This document shows, piece by piece, positions 1 to 11,000 of a stretch of 64,000 bases of DNA. The stretch lies in contig CAWAAF010000010.1 of NCBI GenBank assembly GCA_963779905.1, forward strand, positions 457,957 to 521,956. Direction: 5' to 3'. This DNA comes from an uncultured Chloroflexia bacterium (GTDB taxonomy: Bacteria > Chloroflexota > Limnocylindria > Limnocylindrales > CSP1-4). Position numbers and translations under genes: made by a program. The notes beneath the pieces were generated by a model. It did not search any database, was not told where the DNA came from, and was given only the letters and a program-made list of their open reading frames with translations. Positions within the stretch are counted from its first letter, which is position 1, and the number at the start of each line of letters is the position of its first letter.

Positions 1-791
1 TGCTGCCGACGGCCATTCCGGACAAGGGCAAGGTGCTGACCGGCCTGTCGCGCTACTGGTTCGCCCAGACGTCCGGCCTCGTCGCCAACCACCTTTTGGG
101 CACTGACCCAGCGGCGCTGCCGGAGCCGTTTGCTGGCGCGGCGGCGGAGCTGCGCGGCCGCGTGATGATCTGTCGCCGGGTCGACGTGCTGCCCGTCGAG
201 ATCATCGTCCGCGGCTACCTGTCGGGCAGCGGCTGGAAGGACTACCTGCGCACCGGCGCAGTCTCGGGCGTCGCGCTGCCGGCTGGCCTGCGCGAGTCCG
301 ACCGGCTGCCCGAGCCGATCTTCACGCCCTCCACCAAGGCCGATGTCGGACATGACGAGAACATCGACTTCGAGACGATGTCCGGCCTGATCGGCCGGCC
401 GATGGCCGAGCGCGTGCGCGACCTCGCTCTCGAGCTGTACTCGTTCGCCGCGCGCCGCGCCGAGTCGGTCGGGCTGATCCTGGCCGACACCAAGTTCGAG
501 TTCGGCATCGAGCCCGGGAGTGGCGAGCTGCTGCTGATCGACGAGGTCCTGACACCTGACTCCAGCCGCTTCTGGGATGACGCCACGTACGAGCCGGGCC
601 GCTCGCAGGCATCGTTCGACAAGCAGTTCGTGCGCGACTGGCTCGAGACGCAAGACTGGGACAAGACGCCGCCTGGGCCGGAGCTTCCTTCGGCAGTTGT
701 CGATGGCACGCGCGAGCGCTACCGCAATGCGTTCGAGCGCATCACGGGCAGCAGTCTCGCCACGTACCTGCGCGAGGACACCATTGCCTGA
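1..791 (+). CDS. purC: SAICAR synthetase (phosphoribosylaminoimidazole-succinocarboxamide synthase), 5' partial
   Basis: ORF 33..791 translation is a full-length SAICAR synthetase body (…LLLIDEVLTPDSSRFW…). The frame is open to the window start, so the gene is truncated at the window edge. Stop TGA 789-791 overlaps the purS start. Confidence 0.9.
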   Translation, partial: LPTAIPDKGKVLTGLSRYWFAQTSGLVANHLLGTDPAALPEPFAGAAAELRGRVMICRRVDVLPVEIIVRGYLSGSGWKDYLRTGAVSGVALPAGLRESDRLPEPIFTPSTKADVGHDENIDFETMSGLIGRPMAERVRDLALELYSFAARRAESVGLILADTKFEFGIEPGSGELLLIDEVLTPDSSRFWDDATYEPGRSQASFDKQFVRDWLETQDWDKTPPGPELPSAVVDGTRERYRNAFERITGSSLATYLREDTIA

Positions 792-1035
792 CTACCGCTT
801 CGCCGTCGCCGTCATGCCCAAACCGGGCATCCTCGACCCACAGGGTCGGGCGGTCGAACAGAGCCTCGGCCACCTCGACGTTGGCGGTGTGCGTGACGTG
901 CGCGTCGGGCGGCACGTCGAACTGACCGTTTCCGCCAATGGTGAGATCCAAGCGCGAGAAGTCGTCGCGCGCCTCGCCGAAGAGTTGCTCGCGAACCCGC
1001 TCGTCGAGACCTACCAGCTGGAGCGGCTCGCGTGA
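784..1035 (+). CDS. purS: FGAM synthase subunit PurS
   Basis: TTG at 784 lies in the frame of ORF 577..1035 and gives LPDYRFAVAVMPKPGILDPQGRAVEQSLGHL…, about 83 aa. Size and position between purC and purQ are typical of PurS. Confidence 0.8.
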   Translation: MPDYRFAVAVMPKPGILDPQGRAVEQSLGHLDVGGVRDVRVGRHVELTVSANGEIQAREVVARLAEELLANPLVETYQLERLA

Positions 1036-1706
1036 GGGTCGGGGTCGTCCGCTTCCCGGGCTCCAACTGCGACGCCGATGCCCTCCACGCAGTCGAGTTG
1101 GCCGGTGCGGAAGGGGTCTATCTCTGGCACGAGGACCCCGACCTGCATGCTGCCGACGCGCTGATCCTGCCCGGCGGCTTTGCCTACGGGGACTACGTGC
1201 GCGCCGGCGTCATCGCCCGCTTCTCGCCAGTTATGCGGTCCATCGCCGAGGCGGCGGGACGCGGAACCCCGGTCCTTGGCATCTGCAACGGATTCCAGGT
1301 GTTGGCCGAAGCGCGGCTGCTGCCCGGTGCGCTGCTGCGCAACGAAGACCTGCGTTTCGTCCATCGCTGGGTCACCAGCCGGGTCGAGTCTTCGGCTACG
1401 CCGTTCACCGCAGCGATTCCCGCCGGCACATTGCTGCGCATGCCCGTCGCCCACGGGGAGGGCCGCTACTTCAACGACGACGCCACGCTCGACGTGCTGG
1501 AACGCGACGGACAAGTCGTATTCCGCTATCTCGACAACCCCAACGGCTCGCTGCGCGACATCTGTGGCGTGTCCAATGCCCGTGGCAACGTGGTCGGATT
1601 GATGCCGCACCCCGAGCGCGCCGACGAATCGATCCTCGGCTCCGACGACGGCATGCTCTTGTTCAGGGCCCTGGTCGAGTCGGCAGCCTGGGCGACGGCC
1701 GCCTGA
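1032..1706 (+). CDS. purQ: FGAM synthase glutamine amidotransferase subunit PurQ
   Basis: ORF 1032..1706 begins MRVGVVRFPGSNCDADALHAVELAG… and contains the class-I GATase catalytic Cys context (GICNGFQVL). It overlaps the purS end and the purL start. Confidence 0.9.
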   Translation: MRVGVVRFPGSNCDADALHAVELAGAEGVYLWHEDPDLHAADALILPGGFAYGDYVRAGVIARFSPVMRSIAEAAGRGTPVLGICNGFQVLAEARLLPGALLRNEDLRFVHRWVTSRVESSATPFTAAIPAGTLLRMPVAHGEGRYFNDDATLDVLERDGQVVFRYLDNPNGSLRDICGVSNARGNVVGLMPHPERADESILGSDDGMLLFRALVESAAWATAA

Positions 1707-3998
1707 TGATCATCGAAGCCCCAAATCGGGCCCAGTCGGACCTCCACCGCCGGCTCGGCCTGACCGACTTCGAGCTGGGCGAGATCGTGGCCCGCTTGGG
1801 CCGGCAGCCCAACGAGCTCGAGCTGGCCATCTTCTCGGTCATGTGGAGCGAGCACTGTTCATACAAGAGTTCGCGGCCGCTGCTGGGGCAACTCCCCAGG
1901 GAAGGAGCCGGCGTCGTTGCCGGGCCGGGCGAGAACGCCGGCGCGATCTCCATCGCCGACGACCTGGCCGTCGTGTTCAAGATGGAAAGCCACAACCACC
2001 CCAGCGCGGTCGAGCCATATCAGGGTGCGGCCACCGGGGTCGGCGGGATTCTGCGCGACGTGTTTGCCATGGGCGCCCGGCCGATTGCCTTGCTCGATGC
2101 GCTGCGCTTCGGCGATCCGGCGTTACCGCGCACGCAGCAGTTGCTGGACGGCGTCGTCCGCGGCGTGGGCGGCTACGGCAATTGCGTCGGCATCCCGACC
2201 GTCGGCGGCGAGCTCGTGTTCGACGCGGCATACAACGCCAACCCGCTGGTCAACGTGATGGCCATTGGCCTGCTACGCGGCCGGCCTTCGCGGGCGATTG
2301 CCTCTCGGCCGACAGATCTGATCGTGCTCTACGGCTCCGCCACCGGCCGTGACGGTATCGGCGGGGCGAGCGTGCTGGCCAGCGCGACCTTCGGCGTCGA
2401 TGACCCGTCGCGCCGGCCGTCGGTCCAGATCGGCGACCCGTTCGTCGAGAAGCTGATCCTCGAGGTGACGCTCGAACTGGTCGAGCGCGGCCTGGTCGAG
2501 GGCGTGCAGGACCTGGGCGCAGGCGGCCTGTCGTGCGCCACGTCCGAGATGGCGGACCGCGGCGGGTCGGGCATCGAGATCGACATGGCGGCGGTTCCGC
2601 TGCGCGAGGCGGACATGGCGCCCTTCGAGGTCATGATCAGCGAGTCCCAGGAGCGGATGTGCGTCGCTGTCCGGCCCGAACGCGTGGCCGACGTGCTGGC
2701 GGTCTGCCGGCGCTGGGGCGTGCCGGCGGCGGCGGTTGTGGGCCGGGTCACCGACGATGGCGACCTGACCATCGTCGACGGGGGCGAGGCGCTGGCGCGG
2801 ATCCCGGCTTCGGCGCTGGCGTCCAACGGGATCGTCTATCACCGTGAGGCACGGCCGCCGCCAAAGCGGCGCGACGCCCCGGCTCCAGCGGCCCCGCAAC
2901 CGACCGTTGACCAACTCCCAGAGCGCGGCGTGGACCCTACCGCCGTGCTGCGCGAACTGCTCGGCCGGCCCGGCCTGAGCAGTGTCGGCTGGGTGACGCA
3001 GCAATACGACTCGACCGTCGGCTCTGACACCGTCGTCGGCAGCGGTCACGGCGCCGCGGTGCTGCGCATCAAGGGCACGCGCCTTGGGCTTGTCGCCGCG
3101 ACCGACGCCAACGCGACCGTCGCGGCGTTGGATCCGTGGCTTGGAGCGGCGATGAGCGTCTGCGAAGCCGTCCGCAATGTGGTCATTACCGGCGCCCGGC
3201 CGCTGGGCATCACCGACTGCCTCAACTTCGGTGACCCCGAGAAGCCCGAGGCGTTCTGGCAGCTCGGCGAAGCGGTCCGCGGCATTGCCGACGCGGCACG
3301 GGCGTTCGGGCTGCCGGTGGTGAGCGGCAACGTCAGCCTGTACAACGAGTCCGTGGCCGGAGCCATCCTGCCCACGCCCGAGATCGGCGTCGTCGGCCTG
3401 CTCGACGACATCGATAGGCGGGTTGGACCCGCCTTCGTGGCCGACGACGAGGTTGTCGCGCTCGCCGGCGAGAGCGCGCCGGGGCTGGCCGGCAGTGCCT
3501 TCGCGGCGCTTGCCGGCGCGGCCGCCGAGGACGAACCACCGCCGCTCGACATGGCGCGCGAGGTGGTGTTGCAGCAGTTCCTGCTGGCGGCGATTGATGA
3601 AGGCGTGCGTGACCGCCGCGCAGGACGTGAGCGGTGGCGGCCTGGCCGTGGCGCTGGCCGAGATGTCGATGTGGGGCGATCGAGGCGCCGATCTACAGCT
3701 GCACGTGCGAGCCACGCCGGCGGTCGAGCTGTTCGGCGAGAGTCCCTCGCGGGCCGTGATCACGTGTCGGCCGGAGACCTGGCGGCGCCTCGCCGCGATG
3801 GCTGCCGAGCACGACCTGCCGCTCAAACGGCTGGGCCTCACCGGCGGCGATCGGCTGCGCATCGAGCTGGTCGGCGAGGGTGCAACTGGTGCCGCTGAAG
3901 GACGCGGCGCCGACATCGCTGACCCCATCGACGTCGGACTGGCCGGCCTGCGCGACGCCTGGACTGTTGCGTTGCCAGCCCTGTTCGAGGACCGGTAG
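1706..3998 (+). CDS. purL: FGAM synthase II PurL (apparent frameshift near 3600)
   Basis: ATG at 1706 overlaps the purQ TGA (ATGA). The N-terminus MIIEAPNR…SVMWSEHCSYKSS is PurL-like. The last ~130 aa continue in another frame (ORF 3423..3998: …VTAAQDVSGGGLAVALAEM…), implying a 1-nt indel near 3598-3610. The long ORF 938..3898 upstream of 1706 is an out-of-frame artefact. Confidence 0.85.
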
Positions 3999-4001
3999 GG
4001 C

Positions 4002-5416
4002 ATGTGCGGCGTTATCGGCATCTCGTCGCCCGGCGAGGAGGCGGCGCCGCTGGCCGCGCTCGGTCTGTTCGCGCTCCAGCATCGCGGCCAGGAATCGGCC
4101 GGTTTGGCCGTCAGCGACGGCCGTCAGGTGATGGTTTACAAGGACCTCGGCCTCGTCGCGCAGGTGCTCGACGAACGCCGGCTGCCGTCGCTGTGGGCGA
4201 CATGGCGATCGCCCACTGCCGCTATTCGACGACCGGCTCGACGCGCTGGGAGAACGCGCAGCCTGCCTTCAGGCTTGGCCCGCGACGCGACCGTCGCGAT
4301 GGGCCACAACGGCAACCTGGTCAATACGCGCCAGCTGCTCGAGCTGCTACCAGGCGGGCGCGACCGGCTGGCCGGTTCGACTGACACCGAGCTGCTGACG
4401 GCGCTGCTCGCCGAAGAACCCGGCGACGACCTGATCGCCGCGCTGCTGCGCCTGTTGCCGAGGGTGGCGGGCGCCTACTCGCTGGTGGTGATGGACGAGC
4501 AGCGGCTCGATCGGCGTGCGCGATCCGCACGGTTTTCGGCCGCTCGTGCTGGGTAGGCGCGCCGACGGCTGGGTGCTCGCTTCGGAAACCGCTGCGCTCG
4601 ACATCCTCGAGGCGCAGTTCGTGCGCGACGTCGAGCCCGGCGAGATCGTGGTCATCGAAGCGGACGGCGTGCGCAGCATCCGCTTCGCCGAGGCCGACCT
4701 GAAGTTGTGCGTGTTCGAGGCTATCTACTTCGCCCGGCCCGACTCGTACATGCTCGGCCGCAACCTGTACGAGGCGCGCCGGCGGATGGGCGAATGGCTG
4801 GCCGACGAAGCGCGGGCCGATGCCGATGTGGTGGTGCCGGTGCCGGACACCGGCGCGCCGGCGGCGGCCGGCTTCGCCGAACGAAGCAGGCTGCCCTATC
4901 GCGAGGGCATGGTCAAGAACCGTTACGTCGGGACGGACGTTCATCCAGCCATCGCAGACGCTGCGCCAGCGCGGAGTGGCGGATCAAGCTCAACCCGCTT
5001 GCGCGAGGTCGTCCGCGGCAAGCGGCTGGTCGTCGTCGACGACTCGATCGTGCGCGGCACGACGACGCGCCAGATCGTCAGCCTGCTGCGGGCAGCCGGC
5101 GCGGCCGAGGTGCACCTGCGCATCAGCGCGCCGCCGATCTACCACCCCTGCTTCTACGGTATCGATACGCAGATCGAGCGCGAGCTGATCGCGTCGCACA
5201 TGACCGTCGACGAGGTACGCGACTTCGTCGGCGCGGACTCGCTGTCGTACCTGTCGATCGGCGGTGTCCTGTCGGCGCTCGACCTGCCGCGCGACCTGTT
5301 CTGCTTCGCCTGCTTCGACGGCCAATACCCGGTGCCGGTCCCGTACGACGTGGCCAGCCACAAGTTCGTCCTCGAAGACGAGCCGGCGGCACTCAGCGGT
5401 GGCCGGGTCAGTGTGA
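4002..5416 (+). CDS. purF: amidophosphoribosyltransferase PurF (multiple apparent frameshifts)
   Basis: N-terminal MCGVIGI carries the Ntn catalytic Cys. Homology continues across three frames (ORFs 4002..4556, 4004..4384, 4516..5523, 4820..5188) with switches near 4195, 4265, 4510, 4925 and 4975. The PRTase motif [12 protein letters not shown] is present. The likely stop is TGA 5414-5416, just before the purM RBS. Confidence 0.85.
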
Positions 5417-5434
5417 TCAGGGAGGCGTACCGCG

Positions 5435-6480
5435 ATGGCCGGTGTCGACGTCGCGGCCGGCGAGCACGCCGTCGACCTCATGCGGCGGCGAGTCGAAGAC
5501 GACGTTCGGTACGGAGGTGCTGACCGGGCTGGGCTCGTTCGCTGCCGCGATCGCCCTGCCCGCAGGGCTGCGGGAGCCGGTGCTGGTGTCCGCCACGGAC
5601 GGCGTTGGCACGAAGACGGCGATCGCGGCCCAGCTCGGCCGTTACGACACGATCGGTATCGACTTCGTGGCAATGTGCGTCGACGATGTCGTCTGCCTCG
5701 GCGCGCGACCGCTTCTTCTTTCTGGATTACGTCGCCGTCGAACGGCTCGATCCTCGATCGCTGGCGTCGCTCGTCGACGGCGTGGTCGCCGGCTGCCGGC
5801 TGGCCGGCTGCGCGCTAGATCGGCGGCGAGACGGCCGAGCATCCGGGCGTCTGGCAGCCGGGCTACTTCGACGTGGCCGGCTTCTGCGTCGGCATCGCCG
5901 AACGGGCCGACATGATTGCCGGGCCTGCAGGGCCGGCCGGGTGACGCGCTGGTCGGCATCGCCGCCAGCGGCCTGCACAGCAACGGCTTCTCGCTCGTGC
6001 GCAAGATCGTCGCCGAGCACGGCCTCGACCTGGATGCGCCGTTCGCCGACAGCCGATGCCGCGCTCGGCGACGCGCTGCTGACGCCGACGCGCATCTATG
6101 CCGTCGATGCACTCGCTCTGCGGCGAGGAGCTGCGCCGGATCGGGCGGCCTGTGCGCGGTTTCGCCCATATCACCGGCGGCGGACTGGCCGCCAACGTCC
6201 CGCGCGCACTGGTCGGGCACGCAGCGGCGGCCCGAGTCGACCCGACGCGCTGGCCGATGCCGCAGCTGTCAGGCCGCACTCGCCGACGCTCGCCGGCATG
6301 ACCGCGGCTGAAGCTCGCACGGTGTGGAACGGCGGGATCGGCATGGTCGCCGTGGTCGAGTCCTCGGCAGTGCAGCCGGCCATCGCATTCCTCGCCGGTC
6401 GTGGCCTGCCGGCTTGGCACATCGGCGACGTAATCGAGCGCGAGGGCGACCAGCGCTACGTCGAGGAGGGTTTCGGCTGA
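5435..6480 (+). CDS. purM: AIR synthetase PurM (multiple apparent frameshifts)
   Basis: GGGAGG sits 8 nt upstream of ATG 5435. AIR synthetase sequence (…[40 protein letters not shown]…, …[19 protein letters not shown]…) is spread over ORFs 5435.., 4707..5915, 5605..6480, 5916..6311 and 6098..6301. Confidence 0.85.
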
Positions 6481-7045
6481 GGGTCGCCGTCTGCGTCAGC
6501 CGGACCGGCACGAACCTGCGCTCGCTGGTCGAGGCTGCGCGCGCCGGCCGCCTGCCGATCGAGGTAGTGCTGGTCGTCGCCGACCGACCATGCCCCGCGC
6601 TGGCCTGGGCGCACGATCAGGGGCTGCCCAGCGGTCCAGCTCGACGAGACAGGACGCCGATGCGCTGGATCGGACGGCATGGCTGACCTGCTGACAGGCG
6701 CCGAGCCCGATGTCGTCGTGCTGGCCGGCTACATGCGCATCGTCGGCCCGCGAGACGCTGGCCGCGTACGGCGGACGCATGCTGAACGTCCATCCGTCGC
6801 TGCTGCCCGCGTTTCCGGGCGCCAACGCCGTGCGCGACGCACTGTCGGCCGGCGTCAAGACGACCGGCGTAACAGTCCACCTGGTCGACGAGCATCTTGA
6901 TAACGGCCCGATCTTGCTACAGGAGCCGGTCGCGATTGCCCCGACCGACGACGAGGCAAGACTGCTGGAGCGTCTCCACGAGGTCGAACACCGGCTGCTG
7001 GCGCAGGCCGTTTTGCTGGTTGGTTCTGCCGATGCCGCGGACGCG
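6477..7045 (+). CDS. purN: GAR formyltransferase PurN (boundaries approximate)
   Basis: [37 protein letters not shown]… then …DVVVLAGYMRIVGP…MLNVHPSLLPAFPGANAVRDAL…VTVHLVDEHLDNGPILLQEPV, read across ORFs 6324..6686, 6679..6900 and 6710... There is no in-frame stop before purH, and the start codon is unclear. Confidence 0.7.
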
Positions 7046-8653
7046 ATGCTTCCGCCAAAGCGGGCGCTGCTGTCGGTATCCGATAAAAGCGGTCTGACCG
7101 AGTTCGCGAGTGGCCTGATTGCTCTGGGCTACGAGCTGGTGTCGACCGGCGGCACGGCCGCAGCGCTGCGTGCAGCGGGACTCGACGTGACCGACGTGGC
7201 CGCTGTAACCGGCGCCGCCGAGATGCTCGATGGCCGGGTCAAGACGCTCCATCCGAGCATCCACGGCGGCATCTTGGCCGACCGCAGCAAACCGACGCAC
7301 CGGGCGCAGCTGGCCGGCGCCGCCATCGCGCCCTACGACCTGGTCGTCGTCAACCTGTACCCGTTTGCGCAGGCCGCCGAACGGCCTGGCATCACTCTTG
7401 CCGAGCTGGTCGAGGAGATCGACATCGGCGGGCCGGCAATGGTCCGGGCGACGGCCAAGAACTTCGCGTCGGTCGCCATCGTCACCTCGCCCGCCCGCTA
7501 CGAGAACGTTCTGGCCGCGCTGCGCGACGCCGGTGGGGTGCCACTCGCCGTGCGTGCGGCACTCGCCGTCGAGGCCTTTCGCCACGTGGCCGCCTACGAC
7601 GCGCGCATCGTGGCCGAGCTGCCACGGCGGATGGCGGCCGAGATCGAGCTGCCCGACGAGCCGGGCCTCCCCGGCGCGAGCGACCCGTTCCCGACGACGT
7701 TGCCGTTGGCCTTCGAGAAGGTCGAGACGCTGCGTTACGGCGAGAACCCGCACCAAGCCGCGGCGCTCTACCGCCGTCCGGGCACGCCCGCCGGGCGCGG
7801 ACCCTTCGCCGCGGGCATGCAACCGCTCCAGGGCAAGGCGCTCAGCTACAACAATGTGCTCGATACCTCCGCCGCGGCGGCTCTCGCGCGCGACCTGCGC
7901 GGTCCCGCCTGCGCGATCGTGAAACACACCAATCCGTGCGGCGTTGCGCAGCGCCCGAACCTGTTATTGGCGTGGCAGGCGGCGCTCGCCGGTGACCCGG
8001 TCAGCGCGTTCGGCGGCGTCGTCGCGCTGACCGGCACTGTCGACGCCATGCTGGCCGAGCAGTTGGCGGCGATATTCCTCGAGGTCGTCATCGCGCCCGG
8101 CTTCTCCGATGAAGCTCGGCAGATTCTGTCGGCCAAGAGCAACCTGCGCCTGCTCGCCTACCCCGAGCTGACTACCAGCATGAGTGATCTCGATCCGTTG
8201 GCCGAGCTGCGCAACGCCGGCGGCGGCCTGCTGGTGGCATCGGCCGACCTCGGGCCGGACGACCCGGCGAACTGGAAGACGGTCACGTCGCGCGAGCCAA
8301 CGGCTGCCGAGCTGGCCGACCTCGACCTGGCCTGGCGTATCGGCCGCCATGTCAAGTCGAACGCAATCGTCCTCGTCCGCGACGACGCCTTGGTGGGCAC
8401 CGGCGCCGGCCAGATGAGCCGCGTCGACTCGGCCCGGCTGGCAGTCGACAAAGCTGGCGAGCGAGCCCTCGGGGCAGCCTGCGCCTCGGACGCGTTCTAC
8501 CCGTTTCCCGACGCCGTCGAGGTGTGCGTCGCGGCCGGTGTCGCGGCGTTCGTCCAGCCGGGCGGCTCGGTCCGCGACGCGGAGGTCATCGGCGCCGCTG
8601 AAGCGGCCGGCGCGACGATGCTACTGACCGGAGTGCGCCACTTCCGTCACTGA
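7046..8653 (+). CDS. purH: bifunctional AICAR transformylase / IMP cyclohydrolase PurH
   Basis: ATG at 7046 lies inside ORF 6710..8653. MLPPKRALLSVSDKSGLTEFASGLIALGYELVSTGGTA… is the MGS-like IMPCH N-terminus, followed by a C-terminal AICARFT domain. Confidence 0.9.
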   Translation: MLPPKRALLSVSDKSGLTEFASGLIALGYELVSTGGTAAALRAAGLDVTDVAAVTGAAEMLDGRVKTLHPSIHGGILADRSKPTHRAQLAGAAIAPYDLVVVNLYPFAQAAERPGITLAELVEEIDIGGPAMVRATAKNFASVAIVTSPARYENVLAALRDAGGVPLAVRAALAVEAFRHVAAYDARIVAELPRRMAAEIELPDEPGLPGASDPFPTTLPLAFEKVETLRYGENPHQAAALYRRPGTPAGRGPFAAGMQPLQGKALSYNNVLDTSAAAALARDLRGPACAIVKHTNPCGVAQRPNLLLAWQAALAGDPVSAFGGVVALTGTVDAMLAEQLAAIFLEVVIAPGFSDEARQILSAKSNLRLLAYPELTTSMSDLDPLAELRNAGGGLLVASADLGPDDPANWKTVTSREPTAAELADLDLAWRIGRHVKSNAIVLVRDDALVGTGAGQMSRVDSARLAVDKAGERALGAACASDAFYPFPDAVEVCVAAGVAAFVQPGGSVRDAEVIGAAEAAGATMLLTGVRHFRH

Positions 8654-8727
8654 TCGTGCGACACGCTGCATGAAGGCTCCCGAGCACGTGTAATCGTTCC
8701 GACAGTTAGGCTGCCGATAGTTCGGCC

Positions 8728-10708
8728 ATGAGCTCCATCACGATCAACGAGAACCCCGCCGCCCGCGGCCTGCTCGCCTGGCGAGCCCGCGCTGATTGGT
8801 GGGTCTTGCCCGCCGCCATCGGCGTCATCGCGCTGGCAGCCGTCGTCTACCTGTGGAACCTGACGGTCAGCGGCTTCGCCAATACCTACTACTCCATGGC
8901 GGCGCAGGCCGCCGGCCAGAGTTGGTCGGCCTGGTTCTGGGGCTCACTCGATGCCGGCAACTTCATCACCGTCGACAAGCCGCCGCTGGCCACCATGGCG
9001 ATGGGTCTGTCCGTTCGGCTCTTCGGCGTGTCGTCGGGCGCCATCCTGCTGCCCGAGGCGATCTTTGGTGTAGCCACCGTTGCCCTGCTGTACGCGATCG
9101 TGCGCCGCCAGTTCGGGCCGGCCGCGGCAACGCTGGCCGCGCTGGTCGCGGCACTCACTCCGGCCGCCGTGCTGATGTTCCGCTACAACAACCCCGACGC
9201 GCTGCTGACGCTGCTGCTGGTGGGCGCGGCGGGGGCGCTCCTGCGGGCGCTCGAAAACGGCCGCTTGCGGTGGGTGGTGTTGTCGGCGCTACTCGTCGGT
9301 CTCGGCTTCAACACCAAGTTCATGCAGGCATTTCTCGTGCTGCCGGCCTTCGCGTTGGTCTACTTGATCGCCGCGCGCGGCGGCTTGTTGCAGCGACTGG
9401 GCCATCTCGTGGTCGCCGGCCTGGCCGTGGTGCTGGCCAGCGGTTGGTGGGTGGCGGCAGTCGAGCTCACGCCAGCGGCTTCGCGGCCATTCATCGGCGG
9501 CAGTACCAACAACTCGGCGATCCAGCTGCTGCTCGGCTACGACGGGCTGGAGCGGATCCTGGGCTGGTTCGGCTTCGACGGGGCAACGACCGTCGTACCG
9601 GGCCTCGATGGTGGTGGCGGCATCTTCGGCGGCGTGCCCGGGCTGCTGCGCATGTTCAACCCTGAATTCGGCGGCCAAATCGCATGGCTGCTGCCGGCCG
9701 CGCTGGTCGGGCTCGTAGTGGGCCTGATCGCCCGGCGCCGTGCACCGCGCACCGACCTTCGCCGCGCGGCCTACCTGCTATGGGGCGGCTGGCTGGTCGT
9801 CCACGCGGCCGTCTTCTCGTTCATGTCGGGCATCGTCCATAGCTACTACTCGGTGGCCATGGTGCCGGCGATCGGCGCGTTGGTCGGGGCCGGCGCACTC
9901 GAGTTGTGGAGCGCAAAGGCGCGCGGCGGCCGCATCGGCGCGGCCGCGGCCATCACGCTCGGTGCGACGGTGGCCGGCACAGCCTTGTTGGCCGCTGTAC
10001 TGCTGTGGCGCTCACCAGAGTTCATGCCGTGGCTGGCGCCTGTCGTCATCGCGGGCGGGCTGCTGGCCGGCGTCGCGCTGGCCGTGCCCAACCTACCCAG
10101 GCGAGCGGTGGCGGTGGCCGCTGCAGTGGGGCTGGCCGTCATGCTGGCCGGGCCCATCGCGTACTCGATCGAGACGGTCAATGCCCCTCACACCGGTGGC
10201 GATCCGCAGGCGGGGCCGTTCCTGGTCAACACTTCGGCGGGAGCGGGCTCAGTTGGGCCGGTACGCGGCTTTGGTGGTCCTGACGGCGGCGCGGGTGGGC
10301 CCGGTTCAATCGATGGCCGACCACCGGTCGGCGGCCGGTTTTGGCCAGAGCCGCGAACTGACACAGCAATTGATGGACTACCTGGTAGCCAACAAGGGCG
10401 ATGCCACCTGGCTGGTAGCCGTCCGATCGGCCAATGAAGCGGCCGAGGTTCAGCTCGCCACGGGTCAGCCCGTCATGGCCATGGGCGGCTTCAGTGGCAC
10501 CGACCAGGCGTTGTCGCTGGCCGAGCTCGAGTCGGACGTCGCCAGCGGTAGGTTGCGCTACATCCTGATCGAGCACGCGGCCCCGCCATTGGGGCCAAGC
10601 GACGATGGATTGGCCAGGTCAGCCGTCGTCAACTGGGTGACCGAGCACGGCAAGGTCGTCGACGAGGTCGGCGGCGGCGCACTGTACGACCTCAGTCCTG
10701 GCAGGTGA
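8728..10708 (+). CDS. glycosyltransferase family 39-like (ArnT/PMT-like) polytopic membrane protein (apparent frameshift near 10250)
   Basis: ORF 8728..10437 has many TM helices and GT39-like N-terminal loops (…DKPPLATMAMGLSVRLFG…). The conserved C-terminal domain continues in ORF 9740..10708 (…ATGQPVMAMGGFSGTDQALSLAELESDVASGRLRYILIE…). Confidence 0.7.
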
Positions 10709-11000
10709 CGCCGCGCGCCTGCGTTGGACGCCGCTGAACCGCTCTAGCGTTAACGCGTTGTTAGCAGCACCAGGAAACGAACGGTCCACGGTGTACACCC
10801 CCTTGTTATGGTGTAGTGCACGCTGGGAGGTTGCAGCACTGCGGGCCTGGCTGGGTCGCCGCGGGGGAACGAGGAGGGCCGTGGCCAGTTGGGGCTAGGC
10901 CGCACCGATCTACGTAGGCCGTTGCATTGCGCGCTCCGTGAGGCGGTGCAATGCTTCGACAGACCGGGAGCGGGCGCTCCTGCCAGGACGCGGTAATGGC

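Noticed and set aside
938-3898. ORF 938..3898 read as a single 986-aa protein
   Set aside because: Its first 256 codons are an Arg/Ala-rich out-of-frame overlap of purS and purQ. The genuine PurL starts at ATG 1706 (ATGA overlap with purQ), and its C-terminus is in a different frame.
2273-4021. 582-aa antisense ORF opposite purL, and many similar long antisense ORFs (6917..7927-, 13548..14465-, 21788..22939+, 23527..24486+, 29617..31122+, 45827..47356+, 49644..50630+)
   Set aside because: These are typical high-GC antisense open frames: Arg/Ala/Gly/Pro-rich and low-complexity, and they fully overlap genes with strong homology on the other strand.
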